Positions 35,575 through 37,417 of a stretch of 37,417 bases of DNA are shown here, piece after piece; the first letter of the stretch is position 1; every line of letters begins with the position of its first letter. Position numbers and translations under genes: made by a program. The notes beneath the pieces were generated by a model that was not told the DNA's origin, made no database searches, and was given only the letters and a program-made list of their open reading frames with translations. The stretch spans positions 1 through 37,417 of the IMG/VR virus record IMGVR_UViG_3300045534_000124; one strand, written 5' to 3'. The DNA comes from a virus. Taxonomy: Duplodnaviria > Caudoviricetes.

Positions 35575-37250
35575 GCCATGTCTCCGAGCGCCTGACCGAT
35601 TGCCGAGTCAGGCTTTATGCTGCCCGCCTTGGCTGCCGCGCTGGCCATCATCTCCGCCTGCTCCGCCTGCGCCTGGGCCTGTTGCGCCTCCATCTTGGCC
35701 TGTCGCATCTCCTGCACCTTCTCAAGCGGCAGCAGCCAATCGGCATTGACGCCGTTGTTCCGCGCCCGGTCCCGGCTGATCCGGTCCCAGTCGTAATTGT
35801 CGAGGATCTCGGGCCGGGTCTGCGCAATCAGAAGCAACATCTCCATGTCCCGGTCAAACGCCACGTTCTCAAGGCTCTTGATCGCCAGGGCAATCCGGCT
35901 GTTGTAGGTCACCCGGGGCTGAGCCAGGTAGGCCCCGCTTTCGTCCTGCACAATCACCGAGTCCGGCGGCGGCGGGAACAGACCCGCCCGGAGATGAATG
36001 GCGAACACCCGCTCAAGCAACGGATTGAAAACCTCGGTGGTCATCCGGGCGAACGTGGGTGAGAACAGATTGAGCTTTTCCCCCGAGCGCTCCGAGACTT
36101 CCCGGGCGGTCATCTGTTTGTCCGTCCGGCTGAACATCTGGAAGAGGTCCACATGGTAGGCCGCCTCGATGGCGTCCCGCTTCACTTTCGCGCGCGCCTC
36201 GCCCACGTCGTAGCGGCCAGCCGTGCCCCACTCCCGGGGGATCGCGTTGGGCATCGCCGGGTTGTAGTAGGTGATGCCGCTTGAGCGCAGGTCGATGTCG
36301 CCCTCGTGTGTGGACGGGACTAGGAACCGAGGAAACGCCGCAAGCTCAGCCAGGGCGTCCATCTGCTTTTCAAGAAAGTTGAGCTGCCGCGCCTCGGGGA
36401 GCGCCATCCAGCTCGGGCTCCACCCGTAAACCTCATTGCCCCAGGTGAGGAACCGCGACGCCATGAACGGCGCTTCGGAATAACCGGAGTTTCGCACCAC
36501 ATACTTGCCCTTTTTCTCCACGTAAACCGACGCAATCGGCATGTTCTCCGGGTCGCTCTTGCGCGGGTCGATCTTCTCCGGGTCACGCGGGAAAATCCCA
36601 TGGATGAACGTGTGCTTTTTGTCCTGCTCCTTGGGGTCTTTGCTCTTGAGCGCTTTCTGGAGATCCGCCGAAAGATTCTCCTCACCGAACTTCATCGCGG
36701 CCTGACGCGCGCTCAACTCAAGCTCACGGAAACACGTGTCCACCTGTCCCTCGTCGTCCTCACAAATGCTGTAGCTGCCCACCGGCCAGCAAGAGAACGT
36801 CACCGGGTTTTTCTTGCCCGGCTCGCAGTAGATCACCGCCGTGCCGAATGCGCCCCGGTCGAGGTAGAACTCGTGAATGACGGAATAGAAATTCGACCGG
36901 CTGAGGGTTGCCTGGGCAATCTCCGTGCAGCGTTTGAACCACTGTTTCGCCTCGTCGTCGTCCTGAATCTCGGCGGGTGCATCGAAGTTAAACCACGTGC
37001 CCTCGTGCGGGGTCATCCAACTGAGCTTCCCGTTGGCCAAGATCTGGTTTGCGCGGATGGCTGTCCCGTCAAAAAGCTGCTGCTCGTTGCTCGTGTTTGG
37101 TTGGGATTGGCTCCGGGTGATGTTCGCCTTGCGCGGCATCACGTATTGCGCCACGTCCTGCCAGAAACCTTCCCACACAGTCCGCTCGGCGCGCAGAGCG
37201 TCACTGCGCTGGATCACATGCGCGCCCAGTTGGGAAAGGGATTCGTTCAT
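35571..37250 (-). CDS. Portal (head-tail connector) protein
   Basis: WQDVAQYVMP..FDGTAIRA..SNFY..AFGTAV..YGWSP..MTAREV.ER..EK. Confidence 0.95.
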   Translation of the reverse strand: MNESLSQLGAHVIQRSDALRAERTVWEGFWQDVAQYVMPRKANITRSQSQPNTSNEQQLFDGTAIRANQILANGKLSWMTPHEGTWFNFDAPAEIQDDDEAKQWFKRCTEIAQATLSRSNFYSVIHEFYLDRGAFGTAVIYCEPGKKNPVTFSCWPVGSYSICEDDEGQVDTCFRELELSARQAAMKFGEENLSADLQKALKSKDPKEQDKKHTFIHGIFPRDPEKIDPRKSDPENMPIASVYVEKKGKYVVRNSGYSEAPFMASRFLTWGNEVYGWSPSWMALPEARQLNFLEKQMDALAELAAFPRFLVPSTHEGDIDLRSSGITYYNPAMPNAIPREWGTAGRYDVGEARAKVKRDAIEAAYHVDLFQMFSRTDKQMTAREVSERSGEKLNLFSPTFARMTTEVFNPLLERVFAIHLRAGLFPPPPDSVIVQDESGAYLAQPRVTYNSRIALAIKSLENVAFDRDMEMLLLIAQTRPEILDNYDWDRISRDRARNNGVNADWLLPLEKVQEMRQAKMEAQQAQAQAEQAEMMASAAAKAGSIKPDSAIGQALGDMA

Positions 37251-37417
37251 TAGCCCAGGAGGGTTTTCTTGCCGTCGGTGGCGGGAGCGCCCGCCTTGAA
37301 TCCGCCCGTCTCACCGGCCAGCAACGTGCGCGCCATGCCGTTCTGCCGCGCGGATTGACGCCGGGCATCACGCTCGGCTTGATCTATTGCAGGAGAATCC
37401 ATCGCAGGAGGCGGGGG
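37250..37417 (-). CDS. C-terminal part of small virion protein upstream of portal
   Basis: PPPPAMDSPAIDQAERDARRQSARQNGMARTLLAGETGG..GKKTLLG-stop, overlapping the portal ATG. Confidence 0.75.
   Translation of the reverse strand, partial: PPPPAMDSPAIDQAERDARRQSARQNGMARTLLAGETGGFKAGAPATDGKKTLLG

Larger units (their letters stand above)
1..37417. mobile_element. Temperate podovirus-type phage genome, near complete, excised (attP) form
   Basis: Full set of packaging, head, short-tail, lysis, integration and replication genes. No host genes seen. attP is intact mid-window. Gene order terL to portal continues across the window ends. Confidence 0.93.

Noticed and set aside
600-36062. Many long plus-strand ORFs antisense to structural and replication genes (e.g. 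600-1487, 11093-12178, 29660-30631, 33055-34005)
   Set aside because: Typical shadow ORFs of GC-rich coding DNA, with no recognisable motifs.

Overview
The window looks like a near-complete, circularly permuted genome of a temperate short-tailed (podovirus-type) phage. It has a T7/BPP-1-like virion module and no recognisable phage RNA or DNA polymerase. Almost all genes are on the minus strand. Reading leftward from the window end: portal, scaffold, major capsid, adaptor, nozzle, three ejection proteins, tailspike and lysis genes. These converge on a plus-strand tyrosine integrase next to an intact attP (3' half of tRNA-Thr(CGT)). A divergent pair of ribbon-helix-helix genes follows, then an early operon (Xis-like, Sak4-like ATPase, Cas4-like nuclease, SSB, RusA, GIY-YIG endonuclease, SF2 helicase, primase, RepA-like helicase), and finally terS and terL. 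Both window ends appear to fall inside the same small gene upstream of the portal. The most notable observations are: (1) two homologous origin-like palindrome/iteron elements 11 kb apart that share a core but use different repeat units; (2) a homing endonuclease that begins with the helicase N-terminus and is followed by an apparently recoded helicase; (3) an RHH/RHH lysogeny switch; (4) a polyvalent ejection protein with a cassette-like ADP-ribosyltransferase-like domain; (5) several candidate structured RNAs. Family assignments come from motifs recognised by eye; no searches were run. A Verrucomicrobiota host is only an inference.
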